From an uncultured Candidatus Saccharibacteria bacterium (GTDB lineage: Bacteria; Patescibacteriota; Dojkabacteria; CAZCSM01), in NCBI GenBank assembly GCA_964501355.1, contig CAZCSM010000004.1, forward strand, positions 3,340 through 67,339: DNA of 64,000 nucleotides, given 5' to 3'. The notes under the pieces are model-generated. The model saw nothing but the letters and a program-made list of their open reading frames with translations. It did no database searches and had not been told where the DNA came from. Positions 40,316-51,372 of the stretch are shown piece by piece; the first letter of the stretch is position 1, and the number at the start of each line of letters is the position of its first letter. The translations under genes were made by a program, and so were the position numbers.

Positions 40316-40798
40316 TTAAGTGCAAATACACTCACCGGCACCATTAATATATCCGCCCGTATTACTCGGATCAGTATTAATACAATCCTCTTCACACATT
40401 TCTTGAGTCATTCCACCGCCGCCACCCGTTCCACCATTTGACCCAACACCCGTAAAAAGATCTGACCAATTTATTCCCAAAACAAACGACAAGAAGAAGA
40501 AAATTCCTAAGCCTACCCCAAACAAAGCAAACCCTATTACCGCATTCACCAAAGTCTTTCTTGCTCCTTCTAATTGATCAGGTTTATCGGCAGCGGTCAT
40601 CCACATATATGCACCGTATAATAAGTAACCAACAAGAGCAACACCGATTACAATTGCAACAACCGGAAGAAAAGCTCCGATTACCCCCCAGATTGAATCA
40701 AATCCTAAAGGATTGTTTAATCCTGCAGAATATATAGGAGTAACAAAAATCGCAGATAAAAACAGAACGGATATTGTTGTTAACAAATATTTCTTCAT
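40316..40798 (-). CDS. VirB2/TrbC-like pilin with Gly/Cys tail
   Basis: YGAYMWMTAADKPDQLEGARKTLVNAVIG. Confidence 0.78.
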   Translation of the reverse strand: MKKYLLTTISVLFLSAIFVTPIYSAGLNNPLGFDSIWGVIGAFLPVVAIVIGVALVGYLLYGAYMWMTAADKPDQLEGARKTLVNAVIGFALFGVGLGIFFFLSFVLGINWSDLFTGVGSNGGTGGGGGMTQEMCEEDCINTDPSNTGGYINGAGECICT

Positions 40799-40816
40799 AG
40801 AATATTTACTGAAATA

Positions 40817-41722
40817 TTAATCTAATTTAAATCCAAAACTTCCAAGCCCCAATACATCGAACCCAAAGAACTTCAATAATAAAACCGCACTGACGATAAC
40901 AACCAATCCAATTAGGGCCGCAGTTATTATGCTCTTTCCCTCTTGTAGTTTATCAGGATTTCCCGTAGCTGTCATTACCATAAACGAGCCCTGGATAATT
41001 TTGAATACGGCTATTATACCACCAATAATTGAACCAAATATAATTGCCCAATTAGCAAGACCGGTAGATTCCGTTGGAATACAACCAAGTGCAGTTAATA
41101 CACCTTCGCCGCCAATGGCCGTTTTGCAACCTACTTCAGGATTCCGCAACAGAACACCTCCGGAAATAGACCAACCTTTTGCTGTGCACTCAGCCTGACA
41201 ATCCGCTTTTGCCACACCGGACAGTTCATGAGAAATCCCTGCATCATCAATGCAAACACAGGTATCCTTAGCAACACCGTAAATGGCAGAATCTTGATCG
41301 CAAAACCCAAATGTAAGAGGCACTCCCACACCGCCTAATGTTCCCGACCTTGTAGCAAAACTCTTACACCCAAGAAAGTTTTGTCCTTTATGATCACCGT
41401 CTTCAACTTCCGATCCCGCAGAATAGCATTTATCTGTACCTGCACGAACCCACACATTTCCTTCTGGACAAAACTCAGCATTTGTAACACCACCATTTTC
41501 TATTCCTTTTGCAGCAGCTCCATTTACACCGCCGAACATACACTTAGGCCCAGGGAATGCAGCAGAGCCATTTTCACAACAATACTTATTCAGCACAGAA
41601 GCAGAATCCTCGAAATACCCAACAGGACATTTCAAGGGCTCCGTTCCTACAGCATAAGTAAACCTTGACGATGTCAACAAGAGTATGAAAGCTATCGCAA
41701 AAGAAGTTAAGATTTTTCTCAT
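40817..41722 (-). CDS. VirB2/TrbC-like pilin with Cys-rich N-terminal domain
   Basis: TALGCIP...GSFMVMTATGNPDKLQEGKSIITAALIG. Confidence 0.78.
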   Translation of the reverse strand: MRKILTSFAIAFILLLTSSRFTYAVGTEPLKCPVGYFEDSASVLNKYCCENGSAAFPGPKCMFGGVNGAAAKGIENGGVTNAEFCPEGNVWVRAGTDKCYSAGSEVEDGDHKGQNFLGCKSFATRSGTLGGVGVPLTFGFCDQDSAIYGVAKDTCVCIDDAGISHELSGVAKADCQAECTAKGWSISGGVLLRNPEVGCKTAIGGEGVLTALGCIPTESTGLANWAIIFGSIIGGIIAVFKIIQGSFMVMTATGNPDKLQEGKSIITAALIGLVVIVSAVLLLKFFGFDVLGLGSFGFKLD

Positions 41723-41778
41723 TTCGTTTCTATTAATAGTACAAACAAGAGTATATTAACAATAACGCAAATAGTCAA

Positions 41779-41809
41779 CAAAAAGAGGTGCAAGAAGCAC
41801 CTCTTTTTT
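41779..41809 (-). terminator. groEL terminator
   Basis: AAAAAGAGGTGC-AAGAA-GCACCTCTTTTT. Confidence 0.8.
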
Positions 41810-41835
41810 GTAAATTCACGTTTTAACAAGTGGAA

Positions 41836-43491
<1,656 letters not shown>

Positions 43492-43593
43492 CTAAATTAA
43501 TAATTTAAAGACTTCTCGACTTTCCTTCACAGAGCTCAGGATCGCTCGAAGAATAATCTTTTCTTTTTTTCCTTTTTACTTTTTCCTTTTTAT

Positions 43594-43884
43594 TTATTTT
43601 ATTATCGCCAACACATCCTCTTCCGACATAATCAAATAATCCTCATCTTCCAACTTAACTTCATCTGGAGAATATTTCTTAAATAGAACCATGTCGTCTA
43701 CTTTTACTGAAAACTCTACTTTTGTACCATTGTCTAAAATACGTCCGGTTCCAAGAGCAATAACCTTTCCTTTTTGAGGTTTTTCTTTTGATGCAGTTGA
43801 AGGAATAATTACCCCTGATGCCGTTACAGAATCATCTTCAACGGCCTGCACCACGATGTTTCCTCCTAGTGGCTGTAAATTCAT
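43594..43884 (-). CDS. groS: Co-chaperonin GroES
   Basis: LQPLG, TASGVIIP, KEKPQKG. Confidence 0.97.
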   Translation of the reverse strand: MNLQPLGGNIVVQAVEDDSVTASGVIIPSTASKEKPQKGKVIALGTGRILDNGTKVEFSVKVDDMVLFKKYSPDEVKLEDEDYLIMSEEDVLAIIK

Positions 43885-43947
43885 TTTGTAAAATAACTAA
43901 AATATAAAATATAAAACTTTTGGTGAATTTTTAAACTTCAAATTTTA

Positions 43948-44012
43948 TTAGCAGAAGATTGTCCGAATTGCTAACGATTAGTATTATAAGATTGAGAGGG
44001 GAAAATTGTCAA
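43948..44012 (-). promoter_or_regulatory. groESL promoter and CIRCE
   Basis: Minus-strand TTGACA-N18-TATAAT; TTAGCA..-N9-..TGCTAA at 43948-43974. Confidence 0.8.
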
Positions 44013-44096
44013 GAGAAATCAGCGAATAAGAAATTGCTTTCGGTTAATTCAGTTTTATAATTCAAGCATAAACTTAATAAAATACCCTTGCGCTGA

Positions 44097-44262
44097 AAAT
44101 TCCAATTTCCAAAATCTCAATTTCCAAACAAATTACAATTACCAAAAAAATCATAAACAATTGTAAATTATTTATTGATAAATGAATTTATCAAAATGTT
44201 TGAAGTTTGGGATTTATGATTTGAAATTTATTTGTTATTTGGAATTTTGAATTTGGTGCTTA
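44097..44262. repeat. Long imperfect inverted repeat built of ~7-nt units (copy 2)
   Basis: Same architecture and shared 27-mer as 8468-8638. Confidence 0.6.
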
Positions 44263-44300
44263 TTTAGGTAATTAGAACTTAGGTCAATTAGAAATTATAC

Positions 44301-46430
44301 CTACTCTTCAGTCGTTTCTACAGTTTCAGCTTCACCCTTATCCACCTCCAACTTCACCTCAATCTTCCCCTTAATCGTCGGAACGTGTTTGAATTTCTCA
44401 GGAAGCCAATCAGGCCCAAGGGTTAACTCAAAACTAGTAATTGATTCAAGAGAATTCATAAATGACTCAACATCTTCGACTTTTTTTCCTGCAATTGATT
44501 CTTTGACCGAAGTCTCCGTAATATCACCAGAAATCACTCCCATCGCCTTCATAATTATAATTGCATCATCACCATCCCTACGAATGAAATCACCAGAATA
44601 TTCAGATTGCTCTTCTAGCAACTTCAACCCGGTAGCAACCTGCGAAAGAAGCAATTGATTTCCAAGTGTCTTAATATCATCTGCAGAATAAACGTATGCC
44701 CGAGCTTTAACTTTCATATTCAAATTAACCGCACTTGTCTCTGCGCCTGCTTCAACATCATAATTCTCTTCAACTGTTTCAACGCTAATCATTTCATCTC
44801 GAATTTCGAAACCGCTTCCCACCTGAGCCTTAACCTTGTTTTTAACTTTTTCTTGAAGAGATTGCTCCAAGGACTCCTTTAATAATCTTCTATCATCTGC
44901 AGTAACAACGACAACCTCTTTCTTTGTACCGCCAGAGAAAGCAGCGAAACTCCTGCCCAACATTGCCGTAGAGGTAAACCCTTCAACCACAAATTCAGTA
45001 CCTGATGCCAAATTGTATTCTTCACCAATGTCATATGCTTCGACACTAACTTCCGCTTTTCCTAAACCTGCGAAATAATCGGTTTTAGGAATATTCTCAT
45101 TATTTAAAAGTTTGAACTTGTAACCATCCCCTGTCATAACCGTACCTGCATTAATTTGTATATCCGATTCTGTTTTATTAACCAATGTAACTTTTCCTTT
45201 CGCTTTTTCACCACGAACCTCATTTCCTGTCGCGGCACGAGAATCAGATCCGCTTTCTTCCACTTCTTGCATCACAAGAGGAATTTTTAAATTTTCTAAA
45301 TCAACATCGGTATCTTGCAAACTAGCTCGAATTTCTTGTTCTAAATTAACAGTTTCATATTTTACCTGAGCGGTTAATGTAGCCTCAGGAGCAACGAAAT
45401 ATGCATATACTCCACCTACTCCGGCAAGAATTAATAAAATAATAATAATCGGGATTAATAATTTTGCATTGAATTTCGGCATCCCAAATTTCGGAAGTTT
45501 AATTGCACTTAAAATCCGCTTTGGATTGAGTTTCTCACGAACAGGTTCTTTTAACTCATAACTCGTCATATCCCGTCCAACAGCGTGAAGATTATCGCTT
45601 TTCTCCTCCTCTTCAGAATGAAAATCTGAAACAAATTCTCTCTTTTCAATAATCTTTTCCGGTTTTTTGCTAATAATTCCCCTATCAATTTTAGCAACAT
45701 CTTGCCCAACAACAAAACCAAATTCCTCTAAGCTAGGTTCTGTTGAAACTTCTTGATCAACTATTTCTTTCTTCTCTTTATTACGCAGGAAAGAAGGAGT
45801 TTCGGTATCTTCCTCTATTTCTAAACTCTCCGCTTCAAGTTGTTTCTCAGTATCATAAAAATCATCAGAATCAGTGTCAGGAACAGTTACAGTTACAGGA
45901 GCAGTTTCAACTCCAGAAACAAGCTCATCCTCCTTTGTCGTTTGTCCTTTGTCTTTCTTGTCTGCCGTAGCCTTGGCGAAGGCGGATGACGTTTGACTTT
46001 CAGACTCAACAATTCCATCATCGCCTTCAACTTCAAAATTTTCTTCTTTCTTTTCTCTTTCTTCATCCTTCTTTCCTAGTACCGGATTCATCCCCCTCTT
46101 TCTCAATCTGTTCTCAGATTCTAACCAAATACCCTCACTTATATCTGCGACTCTTTTAAGCACGGGAACTCCTGCACGAGTTGCAAATTTTTGAGCGCCC
46201 TCGTCAAGGGTAACAAGGACCAAGCTTTTCCCACGTTTGAAAACAAGCTTCGATAATAATTTGAGTGAAACTAAGGACGAAATGACAGCAGCCCCTTCCG
46301 GAGCAACTAAAACAATTCGATCCGCCTCTGCATCACGAATTCGCTCAACGACAAAAGTAATTTCGTCATCTAAATCTACAAATATTTTTTCGTCCTGTTT
46401 ATTAAGCATTTCAATGAAACTTCTAAACAA
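44301..46430 (-). CDS. Membrane protein with baseplate-J-like extracellular domain
   Basis: Acidic linker, TM, KAKGKVTLVN...GEEYNL...FSGG; downstream of ftsA. Confidence 0.7.
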   Translation of the reverse strand: MFRSFIEMLNKQDEKIFVDLDDEITFVVERIRDAEADRIVLVAPEGAAVISSLVSLKLLSKLVFKRGKSLVLVTLDEGAQKFATRAGVPVLKRVADISEGIWLESENRLRKRGMNPVLGKKDEEREKKEENFEVEGDDGIVESESQTSSAFAKATADKKDKGQTTKEDELVSGVETAPVTVTVPDTDSDDFYDTEKQLEAESLEIEEDTETPSFLRNKEKKEIVDQEVSTEPSLEEFGFVVGQDVAKIDRGIISKKPEKIIEKREFVSDFHSEEEEKSDNLHAVGRDMTSYELKEPVREKLNPKRILSAIKLPKFGMPKFNAKLLIPIIIILLILAGVGGVYAYFVAPEATLTAQVKYETVNLEQEIRASLQDTDVDLENLKIPLVMQEVEESGSDSRAATGNEVRGEKAKGKVTLVNKTESDIQINAGTVMTGDGYKFKLLNNENIPKTDYFAGLGKAEVSVEAYDIGEEYNLASGTEFVVEGFTSTAMLGRSFAAFSGGTKKEVVVVTADDRRLLKESLEQSLQEKVKNKVKAQVGSGFEIRDEMISVETVEENYDVEAGAETSAVNLNMKVKARAYVYSADDIKTLGNQLLLSQVATGLKLLEEQSEYSGDFIRRDGDDAIIIMKAMGVISGDITETSVKESIAGKKVEDVESFMNSLESITSFELTLGPDWLPEKFKHVPTIKGKIEVKLEVDKGEAETVETTEE
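45961..45989. repeat. Palindromic mini-repeat in frame inside a CDS
   Basis: CCGTAGCCTTGGCGAAGGCGGATGA also at 47894-47918; encodes SSAFAKATAD. Confidence 0.75.
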
Positions 46431-46552
46431 ATTTCACAAATCAGAAATCGGAAACTTCGTTTCCTAGATTCCTCATTACATTCGGAATGACACTCCATTG
46501 GTGTCATGCTGAGTCCACGAAGTGGACGAAGCATCTAGCGAAGCGTTCTCTA

Positions 46553-47779
46553 TTATTTATCCTCTTTTATAACCTCCAAAGCAAACCTCGCAAGAGCCGC
46601 AGGTGTTACATCAGAAGGCTCGTTCAGACTCCCCGTATCATCAATAATGTTTCTTGTTTGATCAACAAGGAAATAATTTACCTTCGGGAATTTATTAAAA
46701 CTCAAAACTTGAGTCCATGGATATTCTAACAAAGCCTCTTTGATTTCCGGCAGCAAGCTTCCTCCTCCACAAAGGAAAATGTACGATGGATAAACTTCAA
46801 TATCTTCAATTTCGCTTAACGCCAACTCTACCCCGCTAATCCAAACTTCAATATCTTTTCGAATTGCCTTTCGAACCTTATCGGCGACATCGTCAGAAAG
46901 ACTTCCTGACGAGTATCGAATTTTCATTTCTTCCGCTTGTTTAAAATCGATATTTAAATCTGCAGAAATTCTTTTTGTAAAAACTCGACCTCCAAATGCG
47001 AACATTTGAGTGTCAACAATACCACCTTTTCGTACAACGGCAATATCCGTTGTACCACCACCAACATCAATAAATATCGCGCCAAAGTTCTGATCATTTG
47101 CATTTTTATATGCCTGAGAAACAACAAATGGTTCTGCAACAATTGTCATTACTTTTAATCCCAATTGTTCAGCAATGTGTCGCAGTGCATTAAAGTGAAT
47201 CGCAGGAGCAAATGAGGCAAATACATTAAACTGCACAGATTTGCCTTGGAATCCGAAAGGATTTGTTACTCGGAAATTATCAATATAGGTATCTGTGATA
47301 TTTGCATTAACAAGCTGAATTTGTGAGCGATCAATTCCAAGTTCTATCGAAAGCTCCTCTGCAGCATGATCAAAAGCCTCAGCCTTAATGTTGTTCATTA
47401 CCTGAGCAATCTCCTTCTTGTCAATCTTTTCGCTTGGAACTTCTCTATCATAGTGAGCAGCAACAGAAACACCTTTCACGAATTCCCCCGCAATTCCCAT
47501 TATAACCTCTTCTAATTTTTCTCTTTTTTCCAATATTTGAGAAACATCTTCTATTGCGAGACGACATGCCTCAACTACACTTTCAATATTTGTAATCGCG
47601 CCACCTTTCATTGCGTCCGGTTGTTGGCGAATTTTACTTGCAGAAGTAATATGAATGAAACTATCATCCGCAGGATCAAGTTTGAAAATGATTGCTTTGA
47701 CAAACTCCGTACCGATATCAAGAGCCAAAAGAGGCTTATCTTTATACGTTGATTTTGTAGGAATAAATGGAAGTCTCAA
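46553..47779 (-). CDS. ftsA: Cell division protein FtsA-like actin ATPase
   Basis: ALDIGTE, IDVGGGTTD, LCGGGS motifs. Confidence 0.8.
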   Translation of the reverse strand: MRLPFIPTKSTYKDKPLLALDIGTEFVKAIIFKLDPADDSFIHITSASKIRQQPDAMKGGAITNIESVVEACRLAIEDVSQILEKREKLEEVIMGIAGEFVKGVSVAAHYDREVPSEKIDKKEIAQVMNNIKAEAFDHAAEELSIELGIDRSQIQLVNANITDTYIDNFRVTNPFGFQGKSVQFNVFASFAPAIHFNALRHIAEQLGLKVMTIVAEPFVVSQAYKNANDQNFGAIFIDVGGGTTDIAVVRKGGIVDTQMFAFGGRVFTKRISADLNIDFKQAEEMKIRYSSGSLSDDVADKVRKAIRKDIEVWISGVELALSEIEDIEVYPSYIFLCGGGSLLPEIKEALLEYPWTQVLSFNKFPKVNYFLVDQTRNIIDDTGSLNEPSDVTPAALARFALEVIKEDK

Positions 47780-47873
47780 TTCTCTGTGAATTTATAGATT
47801 TATACACCTATATCTAACCAAAAGATAAGGGAGAATACAAGAGAATTCAGTTACAGGGACAGAAACATCAGGC

Positions 47874-48520
47874 TGTCATCTCGACCGAGTCCACCGTAGC
47901 CTTGGCGAAGGCGGATGAGCGGAGAGATCTTTTGAATTTTGTTAACAGAAAGATTTCTCGAATCGCTTCTGTGAAGCTCCCTCGAAATGACATACTGAAG
48001 AGTAACCCAAAGTTGTGTCATTTCGACCGAGTTCCAAAGGAACGAGTGGAGAAATCTTTATTATAACAATATCTCCTCATACAAATCTTTCCATTCAGGG
48101 TTCTTCGTCATAATCAAAGTCTCTTTCTTACCTCTACCCCATCGTTTCAATTGCTTCTCTCGTTCGATCGCAACGTTTACATCCTCATAAGTTTCGTAAT
48201 AAACCAATTTATTTATATTATACTTTTTCGTAAACCCATCAATGACTTTTTCTCGATGTTGCCATGTCCGCTTACGCAAATCGCCAGTAACGCCGATGTA
48301 CAGGACGTTATGATTAAAGTTCGTTAGAATATAAACGTAATACTGCTTATTCATAAATTAATGATATTAGATTTCTACATTCTTTACTACGCAATTCAGT
48401 CGAAATGACAGAAAAACACCAAAACAAAATGTTGTCATCTCGACCGAGCTACTTAGTAGCGAGTGGAGAGATCTAAAAAGATTTCTCGAATCGCTTCTGT
48501 GAAGCTCCCTCGAAATGACA
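47874..48520. repeat. Cluster of three paired REP-like palindromes (TGTCATYTCGAC...GARATCT / AGATTTCT...TCGAAATGACA)
   Basis: Pairs 47874-47930/47951-47992, 48016-48057/48369-48410, 48433-48474/48479-48520. Confidence 0.85.
48061..48354 (-). CDS. Small GIY-YIG nuclease (UPF0213-like)
   Basis: YYVYIL...LYIGVT..L.KR..QH...EREKQLKRW. Confidence 0.93.
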   Translation of the reverse strand: MNKQYYVYILTNFNHNVLYIGVTGDLRKRTWQHREKVIDGFTKKYNINKLVYYETYEDVNVAIEREKQLKRWGRGKKETLIMTKNPEWKDLYEEILL

Positions 48521-48719
48521 CACGCCCCTTGCCCCTCAAGACTATAAGTTGTATAATACATTCAACTTAATAGATACATCTCTAGAAACCAAGCGTTCAA
48601 TAAACGAACCGAAGTAACAGTAGGAGATTTGTGATGAGCAACATCATTAAAAAATAAATGTTGCGAAATCCACCGAAGCCTTGGCGAAGGTGTGACCGAA
48701 AACAAATACAATCGTTTAA

Positions 48720-48759
48720 TAAAACACTTGACTAGAGAAATTCTAGAAAAGTGTTTTTT
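48720..48759 (+). terminator. Intrinsic terminator at the end of a long leader
   Basis: AAAACACTT..CTAGA-GAAAT-TCTAG..AAGTGTTTTTT. Confidence 0.6.
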
Positions 48760-48777
48760 AATTTAGAAAATTAAGTA

Positions 48778-48984
48778 ATGGCAGGAGAAGGAGAACAAAC
48801 TCGATTCAGCCTAAAGAGACTTGTCGACACAGGAGGTAAATCAGGCAGAGTAACAGTTCCAACAACACCACCAGCTGCAACGCCACCACCAGCGGGAGCA
48901 CAGGTAGAATGGACACCAGGTTCTGGAATAGCATCAACAGATGCACCACAGGTATATGCATCAGTTAAGGTATTCGATACATAA
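48778..48984 (+). CDS. Small Pro/Thr-rich hypothetical protein
   Basis: 68 aa, strong NNA codon bias, followed by hairpins at 49000-49067. Confidence 0.5.
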   Translation: MAGEGEQTRFSLKRLVDTGGKSGRVTVPTTPPAATPPPAGAQVEWTPGSGIASTDAPQVYASVKVFDT

Positions 48985-49160
48985 CTCTTTTCCATACCAA
49001 TCACCCTCCCAAGGGTGACTGTGAAAAAGCATAAAGCCAAAAAAGTCACCCGAAGTCGGGTGACTTTCATTTCAAATCTCATCCCGAAACATCAAACTCT
49101 TGATACATTCTTTGCCACCATGTATAATCGGCATATATTACACATAATCCCATATATTAC

Positions 49161-49744
49161 ATGAAGATTACAGTAGTTGCATCGAAGAAAAGCAAGGAAA
49201 ACGCGGAACGCGCAAAGAAGATTGCCAAGATTCTCAAGAAAGCAGGATATAATGTAGATGATTCAATGCTTAAGAAAACACGAGAAGCAGAAAGAAAGGA
49301 GTTTTCCAAAACCTATAAAACCAACATCGATCTATAATGAATGCGGATGTTGTCATCGCAGAATCAACCCTATACAGTGCAGGGCTAGGATTTCTAATTG
49401 CCACTGCAGTTAATGAAAGAAAACACGTTCTTTGTCTTGAAGACATAGAATCAGATGAGGAGATGAAAGGTTCAGGAACCCTTCAAGCAGCAGAGTCAAA
49501 CATGCTAACTTACAAGAAATATAATACGGTTACATTAAAAAGGGTGTTAACCGATTATTTGGAAGATGTAAAAGGCAGGTTAGATACAAAGTTCATTCTT
49601 ATTATTTCACCTGAAATAGACAAGTTTCTCAAGTGGGCATCATATGAATACAGGTTACACAAATCTCAAATCGTTCGAGATGCTATTGAGGATATTATGA
49701 AAAACGACGAGAACTATCAGAAATATCTACGCAAAGAGGAATAA
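49161..49744 (+). pseudogene. Split/frameshifted NDT-like + RHH protein (paralog of 51373-51969)
   Basis: 58-codon ORF 49161-49337 overlaps ORF 49337-49744 via TAATG; together they align with the intact paralog. Confidence 0.65.
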
Positions 49745-49759
49745 TTAGTCATAAATTTT

Positions 49760-49791
49760 AAGAGAGGACCATCGAAGGATGGTTCTCTTTT
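49760..49791. terminator. Bidirectional terminator
   Basis: AAGAGAGGACCATC-GAAG-GATGGTTCTCTTTT between convergent genes. Confidence 0.7.
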
Positions 49792-49822
49792 GTTATTTAT
49801 CAAATAGATTCATCACGATAAG

Positions 49823-50524
49823 CTAATTTCTCGATAAGTGATTCCATACATCGTCCGGATTACATGCAACCTTCTCTAGACCAGACAGATCAAGTTCGCT
49901 GGTTTCCGGATTAGTCCATGGGCGATCCGAAACCAGAAAAGAAGAGACATTTTGCATGCTTAAACCGAGACACAATCGGATTGTATCCGGGTCGTCATCA
50001 CAAAAGGCACTCCCCTGCCCCACGACAGAATCAGCTTTTTTCAAAAAGTTAACCTTTTGATCTACATCACCAAAAATGAACATATCCACAGGAATATCAT
50101 TCTTTTCAAACCACTTCGCCGTAGCGTGTGGATATTTTTTCTCAACATGAGCCCTGTGCGTAAGGGCAATTACCTTTATTCCAACGTTATGAGCCTTACG
50201 GGCAAGCTGCGCATAACCAATATATTGCAGCGATTCAGAATACGTTTCTTCTAAATTTAAAACATCTAAGAAGCATTCTTTAATTTCATCTTCGGTTGAA
50301 GCTTCCCGTTCACATTTCGTAACAGCGTACTGAATTTTTCTTTTTGTCATCTTTGCAAACTCGACGGAAATACCATGCCGCTTCTTTAATAAATCCGCCA
50401 AACGCTCTTGTGTACGAGCCAACGTTTCGTCAACATCGAGAAATAATACCCGTTTTCCTTTTACGAAACGGAACAAATCTACAGCAATATCAGCTTCTAA
50501 ATCAAGAAAGGACTCTTTTTTCAT
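49823..50524 (-). CDS. HAD-family 5'(3')-deoxyribonucleotidase-like protein
   Basis: LDVDETL (DxD), LTHR, K, CDDDP, RPWT motifs. Confidence 0.75.
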   Translation of the reverse strand: MKKESFLDLEADIAVDLFRFVKGKRVLFLDVDETLARTQERLADLLKKRHGISVEFAKMTKRKIQYAVTKCEREASTEDEIKECFLDVLNLEETYSESLQYIGYAQLARKAHNVGIKVIALTHRAHVEKKYPHATAKWFEKNDIPVDMFIFGDVDQKVNFLKKADSVVGQGSAFCDDDPDTIRLCLGLSMQNVSSFLVSDRPWTNPETSELDLSGLEKVACNPDDVWNHLSRN

Positions 50525-50649
50525 CTTCAGTCGTTTAATTTATAGGATTAGTATACTACATTATTGCAATAAGTGTTATATCTTAAAATATTTACGTGCT
50601 TGTATAACTGTGCTATAATGTACCCGACATATAATTAACGAAACGCTAG

Positions 50650-51309
50650 ATGACAATTTATTCAAATGGCGACAATCAAATAGCAGAATTACTAACCCAA
50701 GTTCCGGGTACAGTAAACTATAGCAAGGAAAATCCCATTGAAGTAAAACCTAATGTTTTTACTCCTATTTACATAAATCTTAGAAATACCATAAGTCACG
50801 TTATGGTTAGAAATATTATATCGAAGAAATTAGCCCAATCAATAAAGAGTAACCCTGATTATATTTGTGGAATAGAAAGTGGCGGAAGCTATTACGCCTC
50901 AAGAGTTAGTGACATTTTGAATAAACCACTAATTCTATTAAGAAAAGAGGATAAGGGCTACGGAGACAAGAAAAGAGTGCTTGGACAGATACCGGATCCA
51001 GGATCAAAAATTGCCGTCATTGACGACGTTATTGCCACAGGATTAACAACCTCTAAGTCGACAAAGTACCTGAATAGTATTGGGCTGAAAACAGAAGTAT
51101 ATGCAATATTCAGCTATGGGTATAACGAAGACATTGCAAGAATACTAGGCAAACACACTTCTCGCATTGCATCTCTTGTTACATTTGCGGATATTCTGAA
51201 CAGTCTTGAAGAAAGAGAGGTTCTACCACAATCTGATATCGACTTCTTAAGAAAATACACACGTTCATACGAAGACTTTTCGGGAGAGCAGGAAGTAAAA
51301 ATTAATTAG
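50650..51309 (+). CDS. Orotate phosphoribosyltransferase-like type I PRTase
   Basis: PIYINLR, RKEDKGYG, VIDDVIATG PRPP-binding loop. Confidence 0.85.
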   Translation: MTIYSNGDNQIAELLTQVPGTVNYSKENPIEVKPNVFTPIYINLRNTISHVMVRNIISKKLAQSIKSNPDYICGIESGGSYYASRVSDILNKPLILLRKEDKGYGDKKRVLGQIPDPGSKIAVIDDVIATGLTTSKSTKYLNSIGLKTEVYAIFSYGYNEDIARILGKHTSRIASLVTFADILNSLEEREVLPQSDIDFLRKYTRSYEDFSGEQEVKIN

Positions 51310-51372
51310 ACTTGAAACAATTCCAATATACATATATAATATAGACTGATATATAATTAATTCTATCAAACA

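Noticed and set aside
44301-46430. Prophage inferred from the baseplate-J-like domain
   Set aside because: The protein is membrane-anchored, follows ftsA and has no phage neighbours.
47874-48520. Possible CRISPR array
   Set aside because: Units alternate in orientation, spacers are irregular, and there are no cas genes.
48367-48561. 64-aa ORF
   Set aside because: It is a translation of the palindromic repeats.
48625-48710. Hammerhead ribozyme (TGATGA-stem-GAAA)
   Set aside because: The core reads GUGAUGA rather than CUGANGA, and no UH cleavage triplet follows stem III.
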